From a bacterium (GTDB lineage: Bacteria; Zhuqueibacterota; Zhuqueibacteria; Residuimicrobiales; Krinioviventaceae): a DNA stretch of 64,000 nucleotides. Positions within the stretch are counted from its first letter, which is position 1, and the number at the start of each line of letters is the position of its first letter. The stretch lies in NCBI GenBank assembly GCA_963693055.1, contig OY843751.1:4832001-4896000 (forward strand), in the 5' to 3' direction. The notes beneath the pieces are model-generated. The model saw only the letters and a program-made list of their open reading frames with translations, searched no databases and was not told where the DNA came from. The position numbers were made by a program, and so were the translations under genes. Positions 28,321 through 39,665 of this stretch are shown here, piece after piece.

Positions 28321-29313
28321 TTAGGGTATCTTTCGAAACCAGGTATTGGCAAAAAGGATCTCAATTGTCAATAAAACAATTGCAGCCAATAACCAGGGTA
28401 AAAACAACTCTTTATAACGTGTATATTCTTTAACTTCAATTTTCGTTTTTTCCATTTCACCAATCTCTTTATAGATTTGTTCAAGACTGGATTCATCGGT
28501 TGCCCTGAAATACTGTCCACCTGTTATTTCAGACACCCGCCGCAACAGATTTTCATCAATTTCTACAGGCATTTTCACATAACGTTTGCCGAAAATGGGG
28601 TCATCGATAGGGTACATGGCTTCACCGCGCTTGCCAGCTCCAATGGTATATATTCGCACTCCAAAGGCTTTACCCACATTAGCAGCTGTTATAGGATCAA
28701 GCTCACCGCGGTTATTCCTTCCATCTGTAAGCAAGATCACCACTTTACTTTTGGCTTTGCTTTCTTTGAGCCGGTTAACACAGTTTCCAATAGCCATACC
28801 AATAGCCGTACCATCATCGATCATACCAATATGTATGTCTTCAAGAAAACGTAACAAAATGCCATAATCCAGAGTCAAGGGGCACTGGGTAAAGCTGAGT
28901 CCAGAAAAAACAACCAAACCAATACGGTCATTGGTGCGCCCTTTGATAAAATCGGATGCCACAACCTTGGCCGCTTCCAAACGATTTTTAGGTTTAAAAT
29001 CTTCAGCTTTCATACTGCTTGAAACATCCATCGCCAGTATAATATCAATACCCTCGGTAATAATCTCTTCTTCGCTTCTTCCGGATTGCGGTCTGGCAAA
29101 ACAGAAAATTAGAATAATCACTACCAATGTTCGCAATACAAACAGACTGTGACGATATCGCTTCATGGGTGAAGGTTTTACACTTTTCACAATTCCCAAA
29201 TTGGAATAGCGAAGTGTTGCCGAACTGGTTTTATTCTTGCGCAGATACCACAAGATCATTACAGGAACAATCACCAAAAGGGCCAAAAACTCGGGGTTTG
29301 CAAATCTAAACAT
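28321..29313 (-). CDS. batA: BatA (vWA domain)
   Basis: MFRFANP, DVSSSM, DGTAIGMA, LLTDGRNN. Confidence 0.93.
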   Translation of the reverse strand: MFRFANPEFLALLVIVPVMILWYLRKNKTSSATLRYSNLGIVKSVKPSPMKRYRHSLFVLRTLVVIILIFCFARPQSGRSEEEIITEGIDIILAMDVSSSMKAEDFKPKNRLEAAKVVASDFIKGRTNDRIGLVVFSGLSFTQCPLTLDYGILLRFLEDIHIGMIDDGTAIGMAIGNCVNRLKESKAKSKVVILLTDGRNNRGELDPITAANVGKAFGVRIYTIGAGKRGEAMYPIDDPIFGKRYVKMPVEIDENLLRRVSEITGGQYFRATDESSLEQIYKEIGEMEKTKIEVKEYTRYKELFLPWLLAAIVLLTIEILFANTWFRKIP

Positions 29314-29314
29314 A

Positions 29315-30388
29315 CTAGGCCTCCTCCCCGTCCTTACGTTCCGGTTCTTCCAGTGCGGGTGTGGAATCTATATCAGCCAGTTTTTGGGGATCTTTTTCAT
29401 ACGCTTCCAACCTGGCAGGACTTTCCTCAGCCAAAGCAGCTGTTTCCTCACTGATAGTTTCTTCTATGATCATTTTTGTCTTTTCAACAAAGTCAAATGC
29501 CTGTTGGGTGCTAGTTTGGGTTTCTGACTCTTGAGGTACATACTTGGCAAATTTTACAAGATCACAACCATTTAAAAAAGAGTCCATCATATCTCGATAT
29601 TCGGTTTCAAGTTGCTGACGCTCCATCTCGTCCAACAATTGAGATGTTGTCATTTCCGGTGCATCAATGTAAAACCGGTTACGAATATAATGTCGAACAA
29701 TATCAGACAATTCAATATAATATGCCTTGAATTGCTCTTTTTCTAAAAAATCGCCCGCAACCAACGCATTCAAAGCCTCAATTGCCACCTCATGCGCGGG
29801 TCTGGGTGGAACCTGTCTTACCGGCAATATAGATTTGCCCTGTTTATACCGACGATACAAATACCACGCTGCAAAAACAGCTGCCAATACCAGCAACACA
29901 ATGCCGCCAATGATAATATATTGACGGTAACTCATTGAAGGTACACGCATGGGTTTAATATCCCGAATATCACTATCAATTTCAGGATTCAAACTCTGTA
30001 TGGTTATCATTATAGGTTCGGTTTTGATGAACCGTACCGTAGAATCACTCTCGGTAGAATACCCAATCTGTAGTTCCGGTATTTCATATTCACCGGTATC
30101 AAAAGTTGACAAGAGATAATCCGTTTGAGATACGGTTTTCCCATCTTCTTTTTGAGGATCAAGGACCTTATAATCCCGCAATTCAAACATTCCCAGATTG
30201 GATGCCAGTTCCGGCATATACACCTTAACATCAGGATCATGAGTAAGGATGACTGAGTATTGGATCACATCGCCAATATAAATTGTGCTCTTGTCTACTT
30301 TGGATTCAACAGAAATGCTTCCCTGTGCCCAAAGTGCGGCTTGACACAACAAGATAATAGCGAAAATGCTTTTCTTCATTGTACGCAT
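29315..30388 (-). CDS. Bat-operon membrane protein (BatD-like Ig domain, TM, helical C-domain)
   Basis: DIRDIK then TM, PAHEVA, YYIELSDIVRHYI, DLVKFAK. Confidence 0.8.
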   Translation of the reverse strand: MRTMKKSIFAIILLCQAALWAQGSISVESKVDKSTIYIGDVIQYSVILTHDPDVKVYMPELASNLGMFELRDYKVLDPQKEDGKTVSQTDYLLSTFDTGEYEIPELQIGYSTESDSTVRFIKTEPIMITIQSLNPEIDSDIRDIKPMRVPSMSYRQYIIIGGIVLLVLAAVFAAWYLYRRYKQGKSILPVRQVPPRPAHEVAIEALNALVAGDFLEKEQFKAYYIELSDIVRHYIRNRFYIDAPEMTTSQLLDEMERQQLETEYRDMMDSFLNGCDLVKFAKYVPQESETQTSTQQAFDFVEKTKMIIEETISEETAALAEESPARLEAYEKDPQKLADIDSTPALEEPERKDGEEA

Positions 30389-30407
30389 TTTAATAGCAGT
30401 ATTCCTT

Positions 30408-31343
30408 TTACTGAATCCGGCTTTCATAAAACTTTACACCTTCGGCCCTGATCATTTTTTCAACCAATTCCGCATATGCCTGTTGATATTTTTGTTGATA
30501 CAAGGCCTGCATTACCTGTTCTTTAACTTCATTCAGTGGTTTTTGATTTACAATATTTCCATCTGCATCTTTGTCTGCAAAATCGTCTTTATGTGCTTCA
30601 TAATACAATTCCAAATCATTGGCTTCAACATTAACTTTTTCAGCCACACGTTCCTGCAATAACTTGCGAACCATAATTGCTTTCTTTGCCTGAAACGCAC
30701 TTTCAATCACTTCTGCATCATTATCAAGACCTGAACGTTTGGCCGTATCATACAACAACTCGGTTGCTACAAATTCACGCAAAAACTCTAGTTTTTTATC
30801 CTTGTTTGTAAACTGTTCACGGACCATTGGCGGCAACTGTGACAATTCAAAATCAAGATCGCCTTGGGTAACCTCTCGATTACCTACACGCGCCAGAACT
30901 TCACCAGGACGTTTTTTACTAACTTTGGAAGGATCCATTTGCACAGCTTCATCCAGTACCTGTTGTGCATCTTCGGAACGTTCCAAGCGCTCCAGACAGG
31001 CAATAATCTTTTTATTGACTTCCGGCATCAAACTTTCTTCAGGATACAAATGTTTGATTTCCAGATAATGAGCAAGTGCACTTTCATAATCTTTAATTCT
31101 TTCAAAGTAGGTGTTGGCAATAATATAATTCACATTTGCCCGCTCACGAGTTTCTACCTTGTAATCATCCAAATACGTTTCATAGGCTTCAATCGCATCT
31201 TTGTAAAGAGCTTTATTGATCAAATCACCCGCGTATTCACGCATTTTATCTGCACTTACTGCGGGCTTGTTGCCCTGATTACACCCCACCAACATGACTG
31301 CTACTACTAAAAGCACCCCTACCTTTTGAAAAAATTGCATCAT
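30408..31343 (-). CDS. TPR + SurA/PrsA-like chaperone-domain lipoprotein without a parvulin domain
   Basis: Lipobox LVGC, TPR helices, VLARVGNREVT..ELLYDTAKRSGLD..YYEAHKDDF joined directly to KPLNEVKEQV. Confidence 0.72.
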   Translation of the reverse strand: MMQFFQKVGVLLVVAVMLVGCNQGNKPAVSADKMREYAGDLINKALYKDAIEAYETYLDDYKVETRERANVNYIIANTYFERIKDYESALAHYLEIKHLYPEESLMPEVNKKIIACLERLERSEDAQQVLDEAVQMDPSKVSKKRPGEVLARVGNREVTQGDLDFELSQLPPMVREQFTNKDKKLEFLREFVATELLYDTAKRSGLDNDAEVIESAFQAKKAIMVRKLLQERVAEKVNVEANDLELYYEAHKDDFADKDADGNIVNQKPLNEVKEQVMQALYQQKYQQAYAELVEKMIRAEGVKFYESRIQ

Positions 31344-31356
31344 CCTCTCCCGTTCA

Positions 31357-32235
31357 TTATCTAAATCTCTTTGCACGCATTCTAAAAAACCGGATCAACG
31401 GCTCGAAATACGATTCATCTGTACGAATATCTATATGGTCTACATTCAAAGACCTGAACAACTTTTCCCTGACTGTTTGATTTTCCTGTGTTTTACCAAC
31501 AAACTCTTTCCTGACCGCAGGATCAGACGTGTCAAGTAAAAAAGTTTCGCCCGTTTCTGCATCCTCAAGCTCAATAAAGCCGATGCTGGGCAGATCCACT
31601 TCCCGGGGATCCGTTACGGTTATGGCAACAATATCATGCCGTTTGTTGGCAATCTGTAATGGTTTGTCATAACCGGTGCTGATAAAGTCAGAAACCAAAA
31701 ACACAACTGCACGGCGCTTTGTTACACGGCTCAGGTATTCCAGTGCTGCACCAATATTGGTTTTGCGACCCTGTGGTTTATGATATAGCAATTCACGAAC
31801 CACTCGCAACACATGAGACTTGCCCTTTTTAGGTGCCACAAACTTTTCAACCGTATCAGAAAAAATGATCAAACCCACTTTGTCATTATTCTTGATTGCC
31901 GAAAAGGCCAGCAAAGCACAAATCTCCGCGGCTATTTCACCTTTCATCTGTTCAAAGGTACCAAATTCTCCCGAAGAGCTCACATCCACCAACAACATAA
32001 CGGTCAATTCGCGTTCTTCTTCAAACACCTTGACAAACGGGTGACCCTGGCGCGCGGTCACATTCCAGTCAATAGTACGGATATCATCCCCGATCTGGTA
32101 TTCACGTACTTCGGCAAACTCCATTCCGCGTCCTTTGAACACCGAATGATACTCGCCAGAAAACACGTCATTAACCATACCGCGTGTCTGGATCTCAATC
32201 CGTTTTACTTTTTTTAATATTTCCTTAGGTATCAC
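31357..32235 (-). CDS. DUF58 family protein
   Basis: GMEFAEVREYQIGDDIRTIDWNVTAR, VSDF. Confidence 0.93.
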   Translation of the reverse strand: MIPKEILKKVKRIEIQTRGMVNDVFSGEYHSVFKGRGMEFAEVREYQIGDDIRTIDWNVTARQGHPFVKVFEEERELTVMLLVDVSSSGEFGTFEQMKGEIAAEICALLAFSAIKNNDKVGLIIFSDTVEKFVAPKKGKSHVLRVVRELLYHKPQGRKTNIGAALEYLSRVTKRRAVVFLVSDFISTGYDKPLQIANKRHDIVAITVTDPREVDLPSIGFIELEDAETGETFLLDTSDPAVRKEFVGKTQENQTVREKLFRSLNVDHIDIRTDESYFEPLIRFFRMRAKRFR

Positions 32236-32254
32236 GATATCATCTATAGTTTAA

Positions 32255-33244
32255 TTAAGGAACTTCAATTTTATTTAACACTTTACGAACTACATCTTCT
32301 GCTGTGATTTCTTCGGCTTCTGCCTCATAGGTCACAATTACACGATGTCTGAGCACGTCTAAACCGATCGAACGCACATCTTCGGGTGTCACATAACCAC
32401 GGCGGCGTAAAAACGCATGCGCGCGTGCTGCCATGCTCAGGTTAATAGACGCACGGGGAGACGCACCAAAAGAGATCAGTTCGTCCAGTTCGTCCAATCC
32501 ATATTCTTTGGGTGTACGTGTTGCGAAAACAATATCAATAATATAATTTTCAATCTTGGGATCAATATAAACCTCATGTACAACCTCTTTAGCCCGAAGA
32601 ATCTCTTCAGGAGTTACCACGGGCTTAACCGTAGGTATATCTTTGCGGGTCATACGTCTCATGATTTCCAACTCTTCATCACGATTGGGATACCCAACCG
32701 AAAGTTTCAACATAAAACGGTCAACCTGCGCTTCAGGCAAGGGGTATGTTCCTTCCTGCTCAATGGGGTTTTGGGTTGCCAGTACCAGAAATGGAGAAGG
32801 CAGTTTAAATGTCTCGTCACCTAAAGTTACCTGACGTTCCTGCATGGCTTCCAACAATGCGGATTGTACCTTTGCCGGTGAACGGTTTATTTCATCCGCA
32901 AGTACAAGGTTTGAAAAAATAGGACCTTTTTTGGTTTTAAAATCACCGGATTTTTGATCGAGCAGCATGGTACCAACAATATCTGCCGGCAAAAGATCCG
33001 GAGTAAACTGGATGCGCTGGAACTGGGTTTCAATAACCGATGACAATGTTTTTACAGCCATGGTTTTTGCCAATCCCGGCACACCTTCCAAAAGAATGTG
33101 ACCGTCAGCCAATAATCCTACCAACAGTCTTTCAATCATGTACTTTTGCCCGACAATCACATTGCCGACCTCGTTCATGATCTTTTCTACAAATTCACTT
33201 TCTTTTTGGATCTTTTCATTAATTGCTTGAATATCGAATTCCAT
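32255..33244 (-). CDS. moxR: MoxR AAA+ ATPase
   Basis: GVPGLAKT, RIQFTPDLLPAD, DEINR, ATQNPIEQEGTYPLPEAQ. Confidence 0.96.
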   Translation of the reverse strand: MEFDIQAINEKIQKESEFVEKIMNEVGNVIVGQKYMIERLLVGLLADGHILLEGVPGLAKTMAVKTLSSVIETQFQRIQFTPDLLPADIVGTMLLDQKSGDFKTKKGPIFSNLVLADEINRSPAKVQSALLEAMQERQVTLGDETFKLPSPFLVLATQNPIEQEGTYPLPEAQVDRFMLKLSVGYPNRDEELEIMRRMTRKDIPTVKPVVTPEEILRAKEVVHEVYIDPKIENYIIDIVFATRTPKEYGLDELDELISFGASPRASINLSMAARAHAFLRRRGYVTPEDVRSIGLDVLRHRVIVTYEAEAEEITAEDVVRKVLNKIEVP

Positions 33245-33276
33245 TTATCCTCCCAAAATCATTAACTCTCAGGGAT

Positions 33277-34245
33277 TTATTCATTTTCATTATTTTCATC
33301 GTGGCTGGTTTCAATTTCACCACGTAAAGATTTATACAGATTTGTATCCAGTAAACCGTACAATCGTTCCAACTCTTGTTTTGACGCCTGGTTCCCGGAA
33401 AATTTCAATACATCCGCAGTTACCAGAATTTGTTCAATATCTTTGCAAAAATTCTGGTCAATATTAGAGGCTTTGAGCTCTTTGATGATATCTTCAGTGG
33501 GCTTGCTGCCTACCATAATCTCAAACTTTTCATTCAAAAAGCGTTTTAAAATTTTCACAGTTGAATTGATTCCACTCATCACATCCAATGCAGTATCGTT
33601 GAGATCAACTGTTTCTTTCAATTCTTCCAGCAGTTTTTCTTCAACAGGGCGGTTACGCTCTGCTTCTTCCGCTTCCTGTGCCTGTTTTTCTGCCTTTCTC
33701 TTGTTCAAATTTATAATCACATATACAGCCGCAATTACCAAAACAATGCCAAGCGCAAGCCAGATCAACCATGTTTTGTCACCCGGCTCTGCAACAGGAT
33801 CAGTCACCTTGATCTCTATACGGTTTGTGGTAAGCGTTAAATCCGTATCCAGCTTTAAATCCGTATAGCGAATAATTACACTTTCTATATATCCCATACC
33901 CAGAGATTGCGGTTGCAATGTAAAAGTGTATTCATGGGTGGCTAAACTTTTTCCCTGCCTGGTTGCTACCTTATTTGATGAAGAATTGGCAACAATTTCG
34001 AAATTGTTTAAAATAGGATTATCAAAAGGGAAAATCTCGTATCGGTCAAGATCGCCATACCATTCCAAAGTAAACACAACATCAACAGTTCTGTTCATGG
34101 GCACCACAGATTGCACAACACTTGCCGAAAGTTTAATACCCGTATCCCCGGCAGTATCTGTAGAATCTGTCTGCGCGCTAGCTAAAGAAAACGCAATAAT
34201 AATTGTCATGGCTGTTAAAACGAAAAACTGCCTCAACTTTGCCAT
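33277..34245 (-). CDS. Second BatD-like single-pass membrane protein
   Basis: Signal peptide, NFEIVANSSS..YTFTLQP, TM, ADVLKFS; same layout as 29315-30388. Confidence 0.7.
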   Translation of the reverse strand: MAKLRQFFVLTAMTIIIAFSLASAQTDSTDTAGDTGIKLSASVVQSVVPMNRTVDVVFTLEWYGDLDRYEIFPFDNPILNNFEIVANSSSNKVATRQGKSLATHEYTFTLQPQSLGMGYIESVIIRYTDLKLDTDLTLTTNRIEIKVTDPVAEPGDKTWLIWLALGIVLVIAAVYVIINLNKRKAEKQAQEAEEAERNRPVEEKLLEELKETVDLNDTALDVMSGINSTVKILKRFLNEKFEIMVGSKPTEDIIKELKASNIDQNFCKDIEQILVTADVLKFSGNQASKQELERLYGLLDTNLYKSLRGEIETSHDENNENE

Positions 34246-34279
34246 TTTAAGCTCCAAGTTATCAATTGAAAATTGTCAC

Positions 34280-34321
34280 AAAAAAGCCGATGATGGGCAA
34301 TTGAAAGCCCCAAAAATCGGC
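34280..34321 (-). terminator. Terminator-like hairpin just upstream of the Bat genes
   Basis: GCCGAT..GGGC/GCCC..ATCGGC followed by TTTTTT on the minus strand. Confidence 0.55.
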
Positions 34322-34379
34322 GGTTGATTTGAATTACAGAATATGCGTTAAACCCCCTTAACGCAAGAAACATATAAAT

Positions 34380-34874
34380 TTATTGGCCGCTGCTTCCCAA
34401 CTGAAGTTCAATATCACTGATATCTTCACCCAGATGGTTCAATTCCCATCTTACAGAAGAAGTCAATTCATGTTCAGGGAATTTATCCAAAAATGCCTGG
34501 TATGCTTCTTTGGCTTTATCCAGATCTTTAACGTCATTCGCATAACGGTAACCAATCATAAAATAAGCCTGAACCACCAAATTGCTTTCCGGATAGTTTT
34601 CGATTAATCTATAATAGGTATCAATGGACTTTTGAAAATCACCAAAACTGCTTGCATACAAACCTGCCAACTGATAAAGATTTTCATCTGCTTTTGCGGA
34701 TTCCGGAAAACGGTCAATCAATTGTTCATAAACTTTGACAACCTCTTCCCATTGCTCTTTATTTTCATAATCGAGGGCTTTGGCCCGTAATTGTTCTTCA
34801 GTCAATTTTTGACCACAACCGATTAAAAGACCAACCATCAGAAACGCAAAAAACAAACCGAACCAACGTTTCAT
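34380..34874 (-). CDS. TPR lipoprotein (BamD/CpoB-like)
   Basis: Lipobox LIGC; repeated LIxx(F/Y)PES TPR units; GGAGG before ATG 34874. Confidence 0.8.
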   Translation of the reverse strand: MKRWFGLFFAFLMVGLLIGCGQKLTEEQLRAKALDYENKEQWEEVVKVYEQLIDRFPESAKADENLYQLAGLYASSFGDFQKSIDTYYRLIENYPESNLVVQAYFMIGYRYANDVKDLDKAKEAYQAFLDKFPEHELTSSVRWELNHLGEDISDIELQLGSSGQ

Positions 34875-34901
34875 GAACAAACCTCCTGAATTTTTGATAT
34901 A

Positions 34902-34929
34902 TTCAACTAGATAATCCCTAAAGAGTTCC
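34902..34929 (-). promoter_or_regulatory. Putative ECF sigma promoter of the TPR/Bat cluster
   Basis: Minus strand GGAAC-N17-GTTGAA. Confidence 0.6.
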
Positions 34930-34955
34930 ATAAGAAAAAAAATGTATCCTTTTTT

Positions 34956-37559
34956 TTATACAAAATCAAGGGAATTCTCCTTTAAAACAACTTGTATCGT
35001 ATCTCCAGCGTGGAACTTGCCCTCTATCAAGCGGGTTGCCAACGGATTTACGATCGCCTTTTGTACCAAACGTTTTAACGGACGCGCACCAAACGCAGGA
35101 TCATAGCCATGTTCTGCCAGAAAGGTTTCTGTCTCTTCGGTCAGACTCAAACTTAAATTCTGGGCTTTTAGCATTTTTTGCACCTGTTTGATTTGCATGC
35201 GAATAATCTGGCGGATATGATCACGACTCAGTGTATGAAAAACAATCACATCGTCAATGCGGTTCAAAAATTCAGGACGGAGTTGTTGTTTCAACAGCCC
35301 TTCAATTTTTTGCGAAATCTCTTCATGTATGCGGTCTTTATTCTCGTCGGAGATCTGAGATGACATTTCCATCAAATATTGCGCCCCAATATTTGATGTC
35401 ATAATGATTATCGCGTTCTTAAAGCTTACCGTACGGCCCTTGTTATCCGTCAACCTACCGTCATCAAGTACCTGTAATAACACATTAAACACTTCCGGGT
35501 GCGCTTTTTCAATTTCGTCAAGAAGCACAACAGAATAAGGCCGTCTTCTGATCGCCTCGGTCAACTGACCACCTTCATCAAAACCCACATATCCCGGTGG
35601 GGCACCAATCAATCTCGAAACCGCATGGCGCTCCATATATTCAGACATGTCGATCCGCACCATAGCTTGTTCATCATCAAACAGAAACTCTGCCAACGCT
35701 CGCGCCAATTCTGTCTTGCCCACACCTGTAGATCCCAAAAAGATAAAAGATCCAATGGGACGTGCCTGGTCTTGCAAGCCCGCACGAGACCTGCGGATGG
35801 CATCTGCAACAGCTTTGACCGCGTCTTCCTGATTTACCAAACGTTGATGAATACGGTCTTCCATCTTTAACAATTTTTCTTTTTCACTCTCCAGCATACG
35901 GCTTATAGGTATACCGGTCCATCTACCGACAATTTCGGCAACATCCTGCTCATCTACTTCTTCTTTCAGCATTTGCCGATTTTCCTGTAGACGAACCAGC
36001 TTGGAATTTGCCAGAGACAGCCGATCTTCCAACTCGCGGGTTTTGCCATATTTCAATTCCGCGGCCCGCGTAAGATTCCCTTCACGCTCTGCACGTACCG
36101 ATTCCGCACGGGTTTGTTCTATTTTTTCTTTAAGTGCACGAATATCCGAGATCACTGCCTTTTCCTGCATCCAGTGTGTTCGCAGGTCACCTCTTTCAAT
36201 ATCCAGTTTTTCTATTTCTTCGGAAACGCTGGCCAGTCGTTTTTTCGATGCATCGTCTTTTTCTTTCTTAAGCGCTTCCCGCTCTATTTCCAACTGCTTT
36301 AATTTGCGCTCAATTTTTTCCAGTTCTTCGGGCATACTGTCAATTTCAATACGCAACTTTGACGCGGCTTCATCAATCAGGTCAATGGCCTTGTCCGGCA
36401 AAAACCGATCTGCAATGTAGCGATCAGACATGGTTGCCGCCGCTATTAACGCACCATCCTGAATACGCACACCATGGTGTACTTCGTATTTTTCTTTCAA
36501 GCCACGCAAAATAGAGATGGTATCTTCTACAGAGGGTTGATCAACCAACACCTGTTGAAAACGACGTTCAAGCGCCGCATCTTTTTCAATATATTTTCGG
36601 TATTCATCCAGAGTTGTAGCACCAATACAGCGCAGCTCTCCACGTGCCAATGCGGGCTTTAACATGTTGGATGCATCCATAGCACCCTCAGCAGCTCCCG
36701 CGCCAACCAGTGTATGAAGCTCGTCAATAAAGAGGATGATCTCTCCATCTGCCTCACCGATCTCTTTTAATACGGCCTTGAGGCGTTCTTCAAATTCTCC
36801 ACGAAACTTGGCTCCGGCAATGAGCGATCCCAAATCAAGCGCTACAATACGCTTGGATTTCAGGTTTTCGGGAACATCACCGTCAATAATCCGCTTTGCT
36901 ATACCTTCCGCAATAGCAGTTTTACCAACACCTGGCTCACCAATCAATACCGGGTTGTTTTTGGTTCGGCGAGACAGCACCTGCAGAACCCGGCGCACTT
37001 CATCATCCCGGCCAATTACCGGGTCCAACTTGTCCCGGCGTGCAAGATCATTCAAATCTTTGGTATAACGCTTCAAAGCCTGATATTTTTCTTCAGGATT
37101 TTGATCGGTGACACGCTGTGATCCTCGCACCTCTTTTAAAACCTTGAGTACCACATCACGTGTAATACCAGACTGGCGCAATATATCTCCTGCTGTAGAT
37201 TTATCTTCAGCAAGGGCTAAAACAATATGTTCTATACTAACAAATTCATCACGCAAAGTATTGGCTTCTTTCAAAGCCTTATCAAACAGAACATTTGCAG
37301 CCGAAGACAGGTAAAGCTGCCCTATACCTCCACTCACTTTTGGAAGTCTGGAAATTTCCTGCTCAACACGTGACAAAACCACACCCGGTTCAATACCGGC
37401 TTTACTAAATATATTACGGGCAATACTTTCTTCCGGTTCTAAAATACCGGTCAAAATATGCAACGGCTCAATTTGTTGGTTCCCATTGTCCGAAGCTTTT
37501 TGCTGTGCCTTACCCAGCGCCTCTTGCGCTTTTATTGTCAATTTGTCAAACGATAACAT
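34956..37559 (-). CDS. clpB: ATP-dependent disaggregase ClpB
   Basis: Two AAA modules ([16 protein letters not shown]) and a long coiled-coil M domain (AAELKYG). Confidence 0.97.
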   Translation of the reverse strand: MLSFDKLTIKAQEALGKAQQKASDNGNQQIEPLHILTGILEPEESIARNIFSKAGIEPGVVLSRVEQEISRLPKVSGGIGQLYLSSAANVLFDKALKEANTLRDEFVSIEHIVLALAEDKSTAGDILRQSGITRDVVLKVLKEVRGSQRVTDQNPEEKYQALKRYTKDLNDLARRDKLDPVIGRDDEVRRVLQVLSRRTKNNPVLIGEPGVGKTAIAEGIAKRIIDGDVPENLKSKRIVALDLGSLIAGAKFRGEFEERLKAVLKEIGEADGEIILFIDELHTLVGAGAAEGAMDASNMLKPALARGELRCIGATTLDEYRKYIEKDAALERRFQQVLVDQPSVEDTISILRGLKEKYEVHHGVRIQDGALIAAATMSDRYIADRFLPDKAIDLIDEAASKLRIEIDSMPEELEKIERKLKQLEIEREALKKEKDDASKKRLASVSEEIEKLDIERGDLRTHWMQEKAVISDIRALKEKIEQTRAESVRAEREGNLTRAAELKYGKTRELEDRLSLANSKLVRLQENRQMLKEEVDEQDVAEIVGRWTGIPISRMLESEKEKLLKMEDRIHQRLVNQEDAVKAVADAIRRSRAGLQDQARPIGSFIFLGSTGVGKTELARALAEFLFDDEQAMVRIDMSEYMERHAVSRLIGAPPGYVGFDEGGQLTEAIRRRPYSVVLLDEIEKAHPEVFNVLLQVLDDGRLTDNKGRTVSFKNAIIIMTSNIGAQYLMEMSSQISDENKDRIHEEISQKIEGLLKQQLRPEFLNRIDDVIVFHTLSRDHIRQIIRMQIKQVQKMLKAQNLSLSLTEETETFLAEHGYDPAFGARPLKRLVQKAIVNPLATRLIEGKFHAGDTIQVVLKENSLDFV

Positions 37560-37576
37560 GTACAACACCCCTTTTC

Positions 37577-37610
37577 AAAAAAGGCGGGAAATTAAAAAAT
37601 TCCCCGCCCT
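37577..37610 (-). terminator. Terminator between dnaK and clpB
   Basis: GGCGGGGAATT..AATTTCCCGCC followed by TTTTTT on the minus strand. Confidence 0.8.
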
Positions 37611-37638
37611 GATATTTACTACAAATGGTTAACCAGCA

Positions 37639-39558
37639 TTACTTTTTATCATCATCAACCACTTCAAAATCTGCTTCTTCTGCATCATCTTCTTTGCCAC
37701 CTTGGGCGTCAGCCTGAGCATCTGCTCCCGGTTGCGGACCACCCTGTGCTTCCTGGCCGCCAGCAGCTTCATACATCTTGGACGCTGCATCGCTCCACAA
37801 TTTACTAAGGGCCTCAACAGAAGATTTTATCTCGTCAAGATTGTCTGTTTTGATCGCTTCTTTAACACGGCCAACTGCCGCTTCAAGACCACTGATCATG
37901 TCGCTTGCAATCTTTTCTTTATTTTCATTCATGTGCTTTTCAGTCTGGTAAACCAGTTGATCAGCCTGATTACGAGCATCAATCAATTCACGACGTTTTT
38001 TATCATCAGCCGCATGATCTTTGGCGTCATCAACCATCTTGTCGATTTCTTCTTTCGACAATCCGGTAGACGCTTCAATGCGAATCGATTGTTCTTTATT
38101 GGTAGCTTTATCTTTTGCAGATACATTCAGAATACCGTTTGCATCAATATCAAAAGTTACTTCAACCTGTGGGATACCACGTGGGGCTGGTGGAATTCCA
38201 TCGAGATGGAAACGACCCAAAGTTCGATTATCTACCGCCATTTCACGTTCACCCTGCAATACATGAATTTCTACAGATGTCTGACTGTCTGCCGCTGTTG
38301 AGAAGACTTCTGACTTGCGGGTAGGAATGGTTGTGTTTTTCTCAATCAACTTTGTCGCCACACCACCCAGGGTCTCTATACCCAAAGAAAGCGGGGTAAC
38401 ATCCAGCAACAACACATCAGAAACATCACCGGCTAAAACACCACCCTGAATTGCCGCGCCAATTGCAACAACTTCGTCAGGGTTAACACCACGATGAGGT
38501 TCTTTACCAAACAGCTCTTTAACCATTTCCTGTACCTTGGGCATACGGGTAGAACCACCCACAAGTACAACTTCGTCAATCTCACTCTTGCTCATTCCAG
38601 CATCTTTAACCGCCATTTCACAAGGATTTACCAAACGCTGAAACAGATCGTCACACAATTGTTCATACTTTGCGCGGGTCAGGTTCATATTCAAATGTTT
38701 TGGGCCTGTATCAGTTGCTGTAATAAAAGGCAAATTGATTTCTGTCTGTGCGGTAGAAGAAAGTTCACATTTTGCCTTTTCTGCCGCTTCTTTTAAACGC
38801 TGCAAAGCCATAGGATCTTTACTCAGATCCACACCTTCAACCTTTAAAAACTCATCAACCAGCCAGTCAATAACACGCTGATCAAAATCATCGCCACCCA
38901 GGTGTGTATCACCATTGGTGGATTTTACTTCAAATACACCGTCACCAATTTCTAAAATTGAAATATCAAAAGTACCGCCACCAAGGTCAAATACGGCAAT
39001 TTTCTCATTACTTTTTTTGTCTAAACCATAGGCCAGTGCTGCGGCAGTGGGTTCGTTGATAATACGTTTTACTTTTAAACCGGCAATCTCACCAGCTTCT
39101 TTGGTAGCCTGACGTTGACCGTCATTAAAATATGCAGGCACGGTAATAACCGCTTCTGAAATCTTCTCTCCCAGATAGTCTTCAGCAGTTTGTTTCATTT
39201 TCTGCAATACCATTGCTGAAATTTCCTGCGGAGAATATTCTTTATCGTCTATTTGTACTTTGGCAACATCGTTTTGGCCTTTAACAACTTTGTAAGGTAC
39301 TTCACCAATTTCAGTTTTCACCTCATTAAAACGACGTCCCATAAAACGTTTAATAGAATAAATAGTCTTGTCCGGATTGGTAATAGCCTGGCGCTTTGCT
39401 ACTTGGCCAACCAACCGCTCACCTGTCTTGCTAAACGCAACCACTGATGGAGTAGTACGAGCGCCTTCTGAATTTTGCACTACCGTCGGCTCGCCACCTT
39501 CCATTACCGCCACACAAGAGTTTGTGGTTCCAAGATCGATTCCAATAATTTTACCCAT
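37639..39558 (-). CDS. dnaK: Chaperone DnaK
   Basis: [30 protein letters not shown]. Confidence 0.99.
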   Translation of the reverse strand: MGKIIGIDLGTTNSCVAVMEGGEPTVVQNSEGARTTPSVVAFSKTGERLVGQVAKRQAITNPDKTIYSIKRFMGRRFNEVKTEIGEVPYKVVKGQNDVAKVQIDDKEYSPQEISAMVLQKMKQTAEDYLGEKISEAVITVPAYFNDGQRQATKEAGEIAGLKVKRIINEPTAAALAYGLDKKSNEKIAVFDLGGGTFDISILEIGDGVFEVKSTNGDTHLGGDDFDQRVIDWLVDEFLKVEGVDLSKDPMALQRLKEAAEKAKCELSSTAQTEINLPFITATDTGPKHLNMNLTRAKYEQLCDDLFQRLVNPCEMAVKDAGMSKSEIDEVVLVGGSTRMPKVQEMVKELFGKEPHRGVNPDEVVAIGAAIQGGVLAGDVSDVLLLDVTPLSLGIETLGGVATKLIEKNTTIPTRKSEVFSTAADSQTSVEIHVLQGEREMAVDNRTLGRFHLDGIPPAPRGIPQVEVTFDIDANGILNVSAKDKATNKEQSIRIEASTGLSKEEIDKMVDDAKDHAADDKKRRELIDARNQADQLVYQTEKHMNENKEKIASDMISGLEAAVGRVKEAIKTDNLDEIKSSVEALSKLWSDAASKMYEAAGGQEAQGGPQPGADAQADAQGGKEDDAEEADFEVVDDDKK

Positions 39559-39618
39559 CAAAAAACTCCTTTAAAATTTATATTTATTCATAAAATTCTT
39601 TTTCATTACCATGCTTTT

Positions 39619-39634
39619 TGCAACTTGCATGCCA
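39619..39634 (-). promoter_or_regulatory. Sigma-54 promoter of dnaK
   Basis: TGGCATG-CAAG-TTGCA versus consensus TGGCACG-N4-TTGCW. Confidence 0.8.
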
Positions 39635-39665
39635 ATAAACCAAAGACCACATAAACCATACAAAA

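Noticed and set aside
37702-38301. 199-aa plus-strand ORF antisense to dnaK, and similar ORFs opposite clpB, gap, purL and dnaJ
   Set aside because: Antisense shadows produced by codon bias in conserved genes; no RBS or recognisable motifs.
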